Positions 1-9,661 of a DNA stretch of 64,000 nt are shown in pieces. Position 1 is the first letter of the stretch. Each line of letters begins with the position of its first letter. Position numbers and translations under genes: made by a program. Origin of the DNA: an uncultured Actinomycetota bacterium (GTDB lineage: Bacteria > Actinomycetota > Actinomycetes > Propionibacteriales > Nocardioidaceae); contig CAWCGM010000050.1 in assembly GCA_963795095.1 (NCBI GenBank), positions 1,078 to 65,077 on the forward strand, in the 5' to 3' direction. The notes beneath the pieces were generated by a model, which was not told where the DNA came from, made no database searches, and saw only the letters and a list, made by a program, of their open reading frames with translations.

Positions 1-1
1 G

Positions 2-403
2 ACGCCTGCGGTGCTCGACTTCACCTCCGAGACCGTCGACGGTGAGGCCTTCGACGGCAACACACTCGCCGGCAAGCCGACCGTCTTCTGGTTCTGGGCA
101 CCGTGGTGTCCCACCTGCCGCGCCCAGATCTCCGGCGTCGGCGAGCTCGCCGAGACCTACGGTGCCGACGTCAACGTCGTCGGCGTCGGATCGCTGGACG
201 AGCAGGCGGCCATCGAGGAGTTCGCCGCCGAGGTGTCCCCCGACGTCACGCTGCTCGCCGACCCCGACGGCGCGGTGTGGCGTCAGTTCGGCGTGACCGC
301 CCAGAGCACCTACCTCGTCCTCGACGAGACCGGGACGGAGCAGGCGTCGGGCTACCTGGACGACGCCGAGCTGGCCACCCTGGTCGAGGACCTGGCGGGC
401 TGA
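2..403 (+). CDS. TlpA/ResA-like thioredoxin-fold thiol:disulfide oxidoreductase (5' end lies outside the window)
   Basis: The frame of ORF 11..403 stays open to the window edge. It has the WAPWCPTC redox motif. Its stop overlaps the start of the next gene (TGATG). Confidence 0.8.
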   Translation, partial: TPAVLDFTSETVDGEAFDGNTLAGKPTVFWFWAPWCPTCRAQISGVGELAETYGADVNVVGVGSLDEQAAIEEFAAEVSPDVTLLADPDGAVWRQFGVTAQSTYLVLDETGTEQASGYLDDAELATLVEDLAG

Positions 404-1293
404 TGTCCGAGGGCCTGCTCGTCGTCGCCGTCGGCGCCGGCATGCTTGCCGCGGTCAACCCGTGCGGCTTCGCCCTCCTTCCGGCCTACGTCTCGCTCCT
501 CCTCGCCGGGAGCGAGTCGCTGTCCCGCCCCGCCGCCGCGGGACGCGCCGCGGCCCTCAGCGTCGCCATGACCTCGGGCTTCGCAGGCGTGTTCGCCGTC
601 TTCGGCCTGGTCATCTCCCCGGTCGCTGGTCAGCTGCAACGGCACCTGCCGTGGTTCACCGTCGTGCTGGGAGTGACGCTCGCGCTGATGGGTGTGTGGC
701 TGGCAGCGGGCCGCCCGCTCTCGCTCCCACGCCTGGGCCGCTCGTCCCGCTCCACCGCAGCCCGACCGCTGACCCGCTCGTTCTGGTCGATGGCCGGCTT
801 CGGGGCCAGCTACGCCGTCGCCTCCATCTCCTGCACGATCGCTCCGTTCCTGGCCGTCGTCGTCGGCGGGTTCCGCAGCGGCTCGATCCTGGAGGGACTG
901 ACCCTCTTCGTGGCGTACGCCGTGGGGATGGGACTGGTCGTGGGGACGCTCGCCGTGGCGACCGTCTTCGCCTCGCCCACGACCATCGGGCGCCTCAGGG
1001 GGGCCGGTCGGTGGGCTCCCCGAGCGGCCGGCGCGCTGCTCGCGGCGGCCGGGGCGTACGTCGCCTACTACGGCTGGTGGGAGCTGCGGGTTCTGGCCGG
1101 CGGAGACCCCGACGATCCTGTCATCGAGGCGGCCGCCCGGCTCCAGCAGCGGCTCGCAGGCCTCGTGGACTCGATCGGCCCCCTCGGGTGGCTGACGGCC
1201 GGAGCGCTGCTCCTCTTCGCCGTCCTGGTCGCGCGCCGACGCGCTCGCAGGAGCCGGAGCGCTTCGGCGATGAGCGAGAGGGCGGGACGATGA
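403..1293 (+). CDS. ccdA: cytochrome c biogenesis CcdA-like membrane protein (DsbD transmembrane-domain family)
   Basis: Internal ATG at 403 in the frame of ORF 103..1293. The protein is polytopic and hydrophobic, starting MSEGLLVVAVGAGMLAAVNPCGFALLPAY with a conserved Cys. It is paired with the upstream TlpA-like gene. Confidence 0.8.
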   Translation: MSEGLLVVAVGAGMLAAVNPCGFALLPAYVSLLLAGSESLSRPAAAGRAAALSVAMTSGFAGVFAVFGLVISPVAGQLQRHLPWFTVVLGVTLALMGVWLAAGRPLSLPRLGRSSRSTAARPLTRSFWSMAGFGASYAVASISCTIAPFLAVVVGGFRSGSILEGLTLFVAYAVGMGLVVGTLAVATVFASPTTIGRLRGAGRWAPRAAGALLAAAGAYVAYYGWWELRVLAGGDPDDPVIEAAARLQQRLAGLVDSIGPLGWLTAGALLLFAVLVARRRARRSRSASAMSERAGR

Positions 1294-2492
1294 GCGTCGC
1301 CGGACGGCTGGCGGCCGCAGGAGCACTGTCGTTCGTTCTGGGCGCCTGCGCGACCACGCCGAGCGAACCCGCCGACCGCGACGAGGACCGGACCTCGACG
1401 GCGGAGATCGACGACGAGGGCACAACCGACGCCGACAAGAAGCCACCGTCCGCCCTCGACGACACGGCACACCCCGACTTTCCCGATCCGCTGATCGACC
1501 TCGACGACCTCCTCCCCGGTGGCCCGCCGCCCAACGGCATCCCGTCCATCGACTACCCGCTCTTCCAGCCGGTCGCGGAGGTGGACTGGCTCGACGACGA
1601 CGAACCCGTGCTCTCGCTGACGATCGACGACAAGACCAAGGCCTACCCGATCCGGATCATGATGTGGCACGAGATCGTCAACGACCGGCTGGCCAGCGTC
1701 CCAGTGGCGGTGACCTACTGCCCACTCTGCAACTCCGGCGTCGCCTTCGAGCGCACCGTCGCTGGGGAGACGACCACGTTCAAGGTCTCCGGCAAGCTCT
1801 ACGCCGACAACCTGGTGATGTACGACCGTCTCACCGAGTCGCTGTGGCCCCAGCTGACCGGCCGGGCATCCGTCGGCGCGCTCACGGGCACCCAGCTCGA
1901 GAGCATCCCGGTCGGAGCGGTCGGCTGGGCGCAGTTCCGCGAGGAGCACCCGGACGCGAGGGTCCTCAGCAGGTCGACCGGACACGACCGCGACTACCTC
2001 ACGAACCCCTACGTCGGCTACGACGACCCGGACTCCGAGCCGCTGTTCGCGCTTCCGACCGACCCGGACACCCGGCTGCCGGTGAAGGCTCGCGTGGTCG
2101 GCGTCGGTGAGGGGAAGGACGCCGTCGCGGTGTCCCGGGACCTGCTCGCGGATCGAGGCGTCCAGCACGTGGAGGTCGGTCGGGAGCGCGTCGTGCTCTG
2201 GCACTCGCCGGGCCAGGTCTCGGCTCTCGACACCCGTGAGATCCCGGACGGCGCCGAGATCGGGTCGGTCGCCGCCTTCGCCGCGGAGGTCGGCGGAAGG
2301 GCCTTGGACTTCACCCGAACCGACGACGGGACGTACCGGGACCAGCAGACCGGGTCGGTGTGGAACCTTTTCGGACGCGCCGAGAGCGGGCCACTCGTCG
2401 GCGAGCAGCTCACGGCCGTGGAGCACCTCGACACGTTCTGGTTCGCGTGGGCGGCGTTCCAGCCCGACACGAGGCTCGTGCCTGGAGGCTGA
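1290..2492 (+). CDS. DUF3179 family lipoprotein
   Basis: ATG at 1290 overlaps the ccdA stop (ATGA). Lipobox LGAC. DUF3179-type core: IPSIDYPLF...AYPIRIMMWHEIVND...VTYCPLCNSG. Confidence 0.75.
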   Translation: MSVAGRLAAAGALSFVLGACATTPSEPADRDEDRTSTAEIDDEGTTDADKKPPSALDDTAHPDFPDPLIDLDDLLPGGPPPNGIPSIDYPLFQPVAEVDWLDDDEPVLSLTIDDKTKAYPIRIMMWHEIVNDRLASVPVAVTYCPLCNSGVAFERTVAGETTTFKVSGKLYADNLVMYDRLTESLWPQLTGRASVGALTGTQLESIPVGAVGWAQFREEHPDARVLSRSTGHDRDYLTNPYVGYDDPDSEPLFALPTDPDTRLPVKARVVGVGEGKDAVAVSRDLLADRGVQHVEVGRERVVLWHSPGQVSALDTREIPDGAEIGSVAAFAAEVGGRALDFTRTDDGTYRDQQTGSVWNLFGRAESGPLVGEQLTAVEHLDTFWFAWAAFQPDTRLVPGG

Positions 2493-2508
2493 CGGACCTC
2501 CGCGGGCG

Positions 2509-3226
2509 TCACCCCAGTGCGTCGGCGAGCTCCACCAGCGAAGATGCCCGCACGTCCGGCGCCGCGAAGTACGACGGGTAGCGCACCGTCCGACCTGTCG
2601 ATCCAGGCAGTGGCCAGTCCGGCACGGCTCGCGCCGTCGATGTCCCATGGGTGCACCGCAACGAGCATGGCGTCCTCAGGATCCACGCCGCACTCCTCCA
2701 AGGCGAAGGCGTAGGCACGCGCGGCGGGCTTCCAGACGCCGGCGTCCTCGACCGTCATCAGTCGCTCGAACCGATCACGCACACCGGCCCCCTGCAGCAG
2801 GGCGTCGGCGACCGCGGTGGACCCGTTGCTCAGCGTCACGAGCCGGATCCCGAGGTCCCCCAAAGCACGAACACCCGCGACGACATCCGGGTGCACAGTC
2901 AGCTCGGCGAACCCCCGCATCACGTGGTCGACGGCGTCCTCAAGCGGGCGGTCGAGCGGCTGACCCACCAACCGGACCCTCAACGCCTCGGCACCCAGCG
3001 TCGCGAATGCCTGGAGGTCACCGGCGACCGTCACCGCGAACCCGTCGCGCAACAGCTCGGCGAACCAGAGCTTCGCCAGGTGCCCGGGTGCACCGACGTC
3101 CTCGAATCGGCCGGCCATAGGCGCCATGTCCGACAGCGTCTCGTTCACGTCGAAGACCAGCAGCGTCGGGCGTCTTGGTCCGTCGGGGCTGATCGGGTGG
3201 TCGGAGCTGAACGGTGCGTCAGTCAT
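2509..3226 (-). pseudogene. HAD-superfamily hydrolase (haloacid dehalogenase type II-like), apparent frameshift near 2596
   Basis: The N-terminal part (LVFDVNETL ... LSNGS ... AWID) is in the frame of ORF 2018..3226. The family-typical C-terminus (RTVRYPSYFAAPDVRASSLVELADALG-stop) is in ORF 2509..2718. A one-nucleotide shift joins them. Confidence 0.7.
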
Positions 3227-3259
3227 GGGCTCTCCTCGTCGTCCGGCACGCGCTTCGGA

Positions 3260-4198
3260 TCAGGCGCGTGCGACGTCTCCAGTGTGGCGGGTGGGTGGCC
3301 GTGCCTCCACAGGCGCGCCTCGTCCCCGCGAGGCGTCGACCCGAGCCGCGGCGAGCCACTGGCCACAGCCGACCGCGGCGACGACGACACCACACCCGAC
3401 CGAGACGGCCAACCCCGTCCGGGTCAGCTGGGACGTGAACACGGTGAGCAGTCCCACGGTGCCGACGACCCAAGCACCGTCGAGCACCGCGACCAGACGC
3501 CCCGCACCCGGCGTGACCCCCGCACCCGCCGCCCGCGCCAGCACCCACGCGTAGCCGGCCAGTCCGACCCCGGCCGTCGCGACCAGTTCCGTGCCGACGC
3601 CACCGAGCTGACGCGACCACCACCCGGACGCCCCGAGGAGCACGATGCCGGACGTCAGCGAGACCACGCCGTTCAGCAGGACCAGACGGTCCAGCACCGT
3701 CCGGCTCGACGCGTGGACCCGGACGGCCTTCGCGCGACTGGGAACACCTGTCTCGACGTAGGTCTTGAGGTCCCGGCTGGTGCGCCGGCCGATTGCGGTC
3801 AGGTACGCCTTGAGGAGCGGCCCCGCGACGCGGGCCGCATCGACGAGCTCGACGGTCGCGTCCATCCGGAACTCGGCCCGTCCGTCTCGGAGAGTTCGGA
3901 CCTCCCAGGTGTTGGAGGCACCGGCGACGAGGCGCGTCATGCCGTCGCTGAGGCGGTAGGTCAGGCGGCGAGCTGCCACGTCGTACTCGGTCAGCTGCTC
4001 GGTGATCTGGTCTATGCCCGGCGTGGCGACGCTGCACGCGCGCCCTGCGGCCGGCGCACCATCCAGCGAGCCCTCTCCCATGGGGCGGGACTCCTCGACT
4101 GCTGCAACCCAGTCGCCGACCCGCCCGAAGCCAGGTCCGATCACCTCCCAGACCTGGTCGGCAGACGCGTCGATGTCGATGCTGCTCGAGACCTTCAT
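3260..4198 (-). CDS. SRPBCC (polyketide cyclase/dehydrase-like) domain protein with a C-terminal membrane region
   Basis: The N-terminus SIDIDASADQVWEVIGPGFGRVGDW is typical of the SRPBCC fold. The C-terminal half is hydrophobic. It is divergent from an MmyB-type regulator gene. Confidence 0.7.
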   Translation of the reverse strand: MKVSSSIDIDASADQVWEVIGPGFGRVGDWVAAVEESRPMGEGSLDGAPAAGRACSVATPGIDQITEQLTEYDVAARRLTYRLSDGMTRLVAGASNTWEVRTLRDGRAEFRMDATVELVDAARVAGPLLKAYLTAIGRRTSRDLKTYVETGVPSRAKAVRVHASSRTVLDRLVLLNGVVSLTSGIVLLGASGWWSRQLGGVGTELVATAGVGLAGYAWVLARAAGAGVTPGAGRLVAVLDGAWVVGTVGLLTVFTSQLTRTGLAVSVGCGVVVAAVGCGQWLAAARVDASRGRGAPVEARPPTRHTGDVARA

Positions 4199-4270
4199 GA
4201 TGGTTCCTCTCGAATCGTGGAGCCATCACTGAAGCCCGTGTCCGGGCGCTGGTCGATTCCCGCACAGGGA

Positions 4271-5074
4271 ATGGCCGCGCGCCCGGGGGTGCGCGACGAT
4301 GCGGGGGTGAGCGTGACCGAGCCAGTCAGGACGCCCTTCGGCGCGGCGCTACGCCGCCGACGTCTGGCGCGCGGGTGGAGCCAGCTCGAGCTGTCACTGA
4401 GTTCGCGGACCACGTCGCGGCACGTGTCGTTCCTCGAGACCGGGCGGTCCCGGCCGAGCCCGGACATGGTTGCTCGACTGACCGCTGCACTGGAGCTGCC
4501 GCTGAGGGAGCGCAACGTCCTGTTCCGTGCCGCAGGGCTGGCTCCTGTCTACCCCGAGTCGTCACTGGAGTCCGACGACCTGACAGCCTTTCGCGCCGTC
4601 ATCGACCGGATGCTTCATAGTCACGAACCCTTCCCGGCGTATGCGGTGGACGGCCACTGGAACATCGTCCGGACCAACTCCGCAGCGGGAGTGTTCCTCG
4701 CTGCCACCGAGGAGCGCAACGCCATCAGGTTGACGTACGCCGGAGCATGGCGCGACCTGATCGACAACTGGGACGACATCGCATGGGTCGGGCTGGCGCG
4801 TCTGCAGGCCGAAGCTGCGCGGCTGCCGCCCGACGAGGTGTTGGCGGCGCTCCTCGAGCTCGCCACCGAGGCCGTGGGTTGTCTTCCGCGTCCTCCGGTA
4901 GGTGTCTCCGGACCGGTGCTGTGCCCGAACTTCCGCATTGGTGACGACGTCATCCGCACGGTGTCGGTCGTAGCCCAGTTCGGATCACCCATGGACGTGA
5001 CCCTCGACGAGCTGCGCATAGAGCTCGTCTACCCGGCAGATGACGACGCCCGCCGCTTCTTTGAGGGACGCTGA
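4271..5074 (+). CDS. MmyB-like (XRE HTH plus ligand-binding domain) transcriptional regulator
   Basis: Internal ATG at 4271 in the frame of ORF 2651..5074. HTH segment LRRRRLARGWSQLELSLSSRTTSRHVSFLETGRSRPS, followed by the MmyB-type C-terminal domain. Confidence 0.75.
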   Translation: MAARPGVRDDAGVSVTEPVRTPFGAALRRRRLARGWSQLELSLSSRTTSRHVSFLETGRSRPSPDMVARLTAALELPLRERNVLFRAAGLAPVYPESSLESDDLTAFRAVIDRMLHSHEPFPAYAVDGHWNIVRTNSAAGVFLAATEERNAIRLTYAGAWRDLIDNWDDIAWVGLARLQAEAARLPPDEVLAALLELATEAVGCLPRPPVGVSGPVLCPNFRIGDDVIRTVSVVAQFGSPMDVTLDELRIELVYPADDDARRFFEGR

Positions 5075-5851
5075 CCATCGCGAGCGATGGTAGTGCGCCC
5101 CCGTGAATCAATCGCCGTAAAGGGGCGCGAGGTGACGGCCCCTGTCGCTCACCACGAGGTGGTTGCCGGCACACGCCGTCCCGTCGCCGACTACGACTTC
5201 ACCTTCAGCGTCCCCCACTTCGGTCGCCGCAACTCGATTTTCTATCCCAGCCTGCACCTCGTCGTACTCCGGGAACGCTCGACCGACCGATTCGCCAGTC
5301 ACCGGTTCCCGACTCCCGCACCGACCAGGACAGCGCCAACGGACCACGCGGTTGAACAGGTACTCACAACCCCTGCCCCGCCGACAATACTCGCATCGAG
5401 ACACGCTTCGACCCTCCTCCTTGGCATGCAGGTGTGGAGCTGGGTCCCGAGTCGGCCCTGCGGCCAGTCGTCGACCAGCGCACTCCCACGGAGGCCGCCT
5501 CGATCTGCAAGAGGTGTATGTCGAAGAAGCCGAGACGGACTGCGAGGACGGGCGAGTGGGTCGACCACACCTACAGGATGCGTGGGCATACAAGCGCTGA
5601 TACCGGCAGCACGAATGCGGATGCAGTGCTTCCATGAGACCGTCCATGCGGTCATCGGCGTCACGAGGCCGGTCCATCGCCACATCGCCCGGCTTTCAGG
5701 CATGTCAGCACCACTGCTCGACCCGACCTCGCATGGGCGCATGGACCTGGCACACCGGCGCGGTGTTCGAGTCGGCCTGAACGAATATCATTCGGCCTTG
5801 GAGGGCCCCTCGTCCTGGATGAAACGTCGCACACCCTCGCCCGGCCCCACT

Positions 5852-5906
5852 GGGACGGGCGAGCCAGGGACGGGCGAACAAGGACGGGCGATCCAGGGAC
5901 GGGCGC
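5852..5906. repeat. four direct repeats with core GGACGGGCG, period 14-15 bp
   Basis: Core copies start at 5853, 5868, 5882 and 5897. The sequence reads tGGGACGGGCGAgcc aGGGACGGGCGAaca AGGACGGGCGAtcc aGGGACGGGCGC. Confidence 0.75.
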
Positions 5907-6076
5907 AAAATGGTGCTCCCCTTCGTGCACAGTAGCGACATGGAGGACGTCGCCGGGCTCTGCGCCAGGGGTGTCACTGGCTCGAGCCCGTACCGGGCCT
6001 GGAATAACTAGAGCCGCAGGTCACACCGGTCATGCTGAATCAGCAGGACCGTGCCAGGACTGTGGGCTGCGATGGA

Positions 6077-6095
6077 GGCAGGTCGGAGACCTGCC
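6077..6095 (-). terminator. hairpin just downstream of the ECF sigma gene stop
   Basis: GGCAGGTC-gga-GACCTGCC is a perfect 8-bp stem, 16 nt past the stop at 6111. There is no T tract. Confidence 0.35.
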
Positions 6096-6110
6096 GATCA
6101 AACGGGCGGG

Positions 6111-7346
6111 TCAGTCACGCCCCATGGAGTTGCTCCTCCGCTGGAGAAACCTGGCGTCGGCCTCGTTTCTCGCCAAGCGCGCTGCCTGCGCGTAGGCGGT
6201 TCCGGCTTCATCCGTTCGCCCGAGCTGCTGGAGGACGTGACCGCGAGCCGCATGGAAGTAGGGATAGCTGTCGAGGTCGACGCTCAGCTCGGTGAGTCGG
6301 TCAAGTGCTTCTGCTCTGGCGCCGAGCTCAGCATGGGCCACCGCTCGGTTCAACTCCACGATCGGGCTCGAGGTCACCTCTTGCAGGCGGTCGTAGAAGC
6401 GGACAATGACTGCCCAGTCCGTGTCCTGATAGTCCCTCGCGGCGCAGTGGATGGCGTGGATTGCCGCCTGCAACTGGAAGGGTCCGGGGCGGCCCCGGCG
6501 GAGGACGTCGAGCACGAGTGTCTGCCCTTCGCCGATGAGGGACGGGTCCCATAGCGACCGGTCCTGGTCTGCCAGCAGCACGATGTCGCGCTCTGACACT
6601 CGCGCCGGCATCCGGGCTTCACACAACAACATCAGGGCCAGCAGTCCGACTGCCTCCTCCTCGTCCGGCATCAGCGACACCAGCACCCGCGCGAGCCGTA
6701 TCGCCTCCAGCCGGAGGTCCCGGCGCTGGCGCAGATCGTCGGCGCCGGCGTTGTAGACGAGGTACAAGACGGTGAGAACCCCCCGGAGCCGATCTGGCAG
6801 CTCTGCGTCGGGCGGCACCCGGAAAGGAATGGCGGCTGCCCGGATCTTGTACTTGGCCCTGATCAACCGCTTCGACATCGTCTCCTCGCTGACGAGGAAG
6901 GCGCTCGCGATGTCGGTCGGGGTCAGCCCGGCGACGAGCCTCGGAGTAAGAGCCACCTGGTGCTCCGTGCGGAGTGCCGGATGACAGCACGTGAAGATGA
7001 GCCGCAGCTGGTCTTCAAGCACCAAATCCTCCTCGATGACAGTAGACACCTCCGCGGCGGTGGCCTGGTTCGCGTCGACCCCTCGGTCGCGCGCCATGTG
7101 CGCCATGAGCTCACGCCCGCGCTGGTTCCTTCGGATCACGTCGATGCCCCGGTTGCGAGCAGCAGCCACGATCCATGCGGTCGGGCTATCTGGCACGCCA
7201 TCGCGAGGCCATCGCCTCATGGCGCTCACGAAGGCGTCCTGTACGGCGTCCTCGGCCAACGAGATGTCGCCGAACAGGCGGGCCAGCGTGGCCACGGCCG
7301 GGCCGTAGGCCTGCCGAAACGCCTCCTCGACGTTACCTACAGGCAC
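6111..7346 (-). CDS. ECF sigma factor with a long C-terminal TPR-like extension (ECF42-type)
   Basis: 411 aa. Sigma-2/sigma-4 regions (LAEDAVQDAF...WPRDG...AWIVAAARNRGID). Long C-terminal domain ending ...YFHAARGHVLQQLGRTDEAGTAYAQAARLA. It lies directly downstream of a YCII/DGPF gene, the hallmark ECF42 context. Confidence 0.8.
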   Translation of the reverse strand: MPVGNVEEAFRQAYGPAVATLARLFGDISLAEDAVQDAFVSAMRRWPRDGVPDSPTAWIVAAARNRGIDVIRRNQRGRELMAHMARDRGVDANQATAAEVSTVIEEDLVLEDQLRLIFTCCHPALRTEHQVALTPRLVAGLTPTDIASAFLVSEETMSKRLIRAKYKIRAAAIPFRVPPDAELPDRLRGVLTVLYLVYNAGADDLRQRRDLRLEAIRLARVLVSLMPDEEEAVGLLALMLLCEARMPARVSERDIVLLADQDRSLWDPSLIGEGQTLVLDVLRRGRPGPFQLQAAIHAIHCAARDYQDTDWAVIVRFYDRLQEVTSSPIVELNRAVAHAELGARAEALDRLTELSVDLDSYPYFHAARGHVLQQLGRTDEAGTAYAQAARLARNEADARFLQRRSNSMGRD

Positions 7347-7352
7347 GGCAGC

Positions 7353-7739
7353 TCAGAGACCTATCTGGTCCCGCAACCGACCAGTGCCTCGGAACGGACG
7401 AACCTCAATGTCGTGATTGGTCGCCTCGACTACCTTTTCGGCCCATGCCAGGGCGGTGTCGAGGTCGTCGGCGTTGATCACGTAGAACCCGCCGACGTGC
7501 TCCTTTGCCTCGACGAACGGGCCATCGGTCACCACCTTGTCCCGGCCGGTGCCGCCCCGCACCACGGTGGCGGCAGCGGCCCCGTGCAGCCCGCCACCAA
7601 AGACAAAGGCTCCGGCGGCGTCCATCTCCTCCTCTAGGGCGACGACGCGGCTCATGAAGACCTCCATCTCCTCCGGTGACGAGGGTGCGCCCTCAACGTG
7701 ACCATCCATCTCGTACACCGACAACAGGTACTTATTCAT
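7353..7739 (-). CDS. YCII-related (DGPF motif) protein
   Basis: Internal ATG at 7739 in ORF 7353..8009. Sequence MNKYLLSVYE...VVTDGPFVEAKEHVGGFYVINADDLDTALAWAEK. It lies 6 nt upstream of the sigma gene. Confidence 0.8.
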   Translation of the reverse strand: MNKYLLSVYEMDGHVEGAPSSPEEMEVFMSRVVALEEEMDAAGAFVFGGGLHGAAAATVVRGGTGRDKVVTDGPFVEAKEHVGGFYVINADDLDTALAWAEKVVEATNHDIEVRPFRGTGRLRDQIGL

Positions 7740-7782
7740 CGCGCCACACTCCACTCTGCAGGACCTTCCTGCTTGAACTATC

Positions 7783-7809
7783 GACGAACGGCGAAATCCG
7801 ATCCGGACA
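7783..7809 (-). promoter_or_regulatory. candidate ECF-type promoter for the YCII-sigma operon
   Basis: The minus strand reads TGTCCG-N17-CGTC about 45 nt upstream of the YCII start. This is pattern similarity only. Confidence 0.3.
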
Positions 7810-8069
7810 ACTCCGCCATGATCTCCCAGAAGTTTCTGGCCGTCCTGGCCATCCGTGGGCGCGCGACAGCCCGTCGAATCCCGGATAACCCCCCGCCCGT
7901 CACGTTGAAGCCGCGGCCGCGATCTGGGCACCGACGCGTGTCGACCTGGATTCCGCGCTGATCCACCGCCCGACCCCAGGAGGGCCCGTCGACGTCCCGA
8001 GCAACTCACGCCCGCACCATCGGGCGGCGCCCGAGCACCTAGGCAGTACGCCGACCGGAGGAGAGCACC

Positions 8070-8387
8070 ATGAGCATGTCAGAAGATGTCATCCCGATGG
8101 TGCGAGACCCGTTCTTGAACACGGAGGAGGCGTGCGGCTACCTCGGCGTTCCCAAGGCAACGCTGCTGACGTGGCGGGTGCGCCGTCCTGGCTACGGCCC
8201 GCTCGCTGTGAAGGCCGGTGGTCGGCTCAAGTACCGCCTCTCGGAGCTTGACCGGTGGCTGAGTGCCCATGCGGAGTCCTTCTCGGAGGACCCGGACAGC
8301 GACGAAGACCCCTCTCGCGAGGTTGTCCGTACCCGCCGCCGTGCCAGTCGCGTGGGAGGTGCTGCCCTCCCGCCCGACCCGCGATAG
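8070..8387 (+). CDS. xis: excisionase-type helix-turn-helix DNA-binding protein
   Basis: LNTEEACGYLGVPKATLLTWRVRRPGYGP...LKYRLSELDRWL is typical of the MerR-like excisionase HTH. GGAGGA lies 8 nt upstream. It sits immediately upstream of the integrase. Confidence 0.65.
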   Translation: MSMSEDVIPMVRDPFLNTEEACGYLGVPKATLLTWRVRRPGYGPLAVKAGGRLKYRLSELDRWLSAHAESFSEDPDSDEDPSREVVRTRRRASRVGGAALPPDPR

Positions 8388-8414
8388 CTCACCTGACGCA
8401 CGAAGGAGAGAAGA

Positions 8415-9661
8415 GTGGCCAGACAACGGCTGATGGTCGGCACCTACGGCGAGATCAGCTGCTTTCAGTTGAGGAGCGGGTCGTGGCAGGCGCGCGCCCG
8501 CTACTGCGACGTCGATGGTGTCGTACGGCAATACCGCAAGAACGGTGAGACCAAGACCAAGGCGAGGGCCAACCTCAAGGCGTTCTTCGTCGAGCACACC
8601 GGCACCTTCGGTGACGGCGCGCTCGCGCCCGACGACACCGTCCAGGACCTCCTCGACCTCTGGTTCAAGAAGATGGAGCAGGCGGACGGAGGACCACGCG
8701 CGGAGACGCTGGGCTACTACCGCTCCCACGTCCGCTGGATCCTCGACCCCGACAAGACAGAGCATCCGCTCGGCGCCTACCAGCTCCGGCACGTGCGACC
8801 GGTGATCATCCAGGCCGCGCTCGACAGCGCCGGCGTCTCTCCCGACATGCGCAAGCGCATTCGCAGCGTCCTCGTGCGCGCGTTCAACATGGCGATCTTC
8901 CACGAGGCCATCAACGGCAACCCGGCCACGGCGGTCCCTTCGGTCCCTGTGCCACGAAACAAGAAGAAGCCTGTTCCCGTGAAGGACCTGCGACGCCGTG
9001 CGCGCCGCCATCCGCGAGTGGGCCAACGCCGAGAAGCGGAACGGTCCGAAGAGCGTCGATCTGCCCGACATCGTGGAGATGCTCGTCGCCACCGGCATGC
9101 GCATCGGTGAACTGCTGGCCCTGCGATGGTCCGACATCGAGCTGACCGCTGCCGCCTGAGCGTCGCGACGACGACGGTTGGTTCCCGTGGCTCATGGTCA
9201 ACGGCCAGATCACCTCGAAGGGCAAGCGAGTCGACTACGGCAAGACGGACGCAGCAATCCGCCCCATCGCGCTCCCGGACTGGGCGGCGGCGTTGCTGCG
9301 GAGGCGGAAGGTCGCGCAACCGCCCAACGACCTCGACGCGGTGTTCATCACCCGCAACGGCACCTGGCACTACCCCACCAACATCCAGGGCCGTCTGCGC
9401 CACATCCGTCTGCTCGATGACTACGCCGACCTCGCGGTCCTCCAGGGCGTCACGCCCCACTCGTTCCGACGGACAGTGGCGACCGAGATCGACGAGGTCT
9501 ACGACGCCGAAGCCGCCATGAACCAGCTCGGCCACACCTCCAAGACGGTGACCGAGCGGCACTACATCAACCGCAAGCTCGTCGTGCCCGACTACCGGGC
9601 AGCCACCGAACGCCTCGCTCCCGGCCCCGGGACGAACGATGGACCGGCCCCCGGGCTCTGA
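8415..9661 (+). pseudogene. int: tyrosine recombinase (phage-type integrase), read through three frames (shifts near 8991 and 9150-9157)
   Basis: The N-terminal SAM-like domain is in ORF 8415..9110. My own translation of the next frame gives DAVRAAIREWANAEKRNGPKSVDLPDIVEMLVATGMRIGELLALRWSDIEL. The catalytic C-terminus is in ORF 9194..9661 (GVTPHSFRRTVAT...LGHTSKTVTERHY). Confidence 0.75.
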
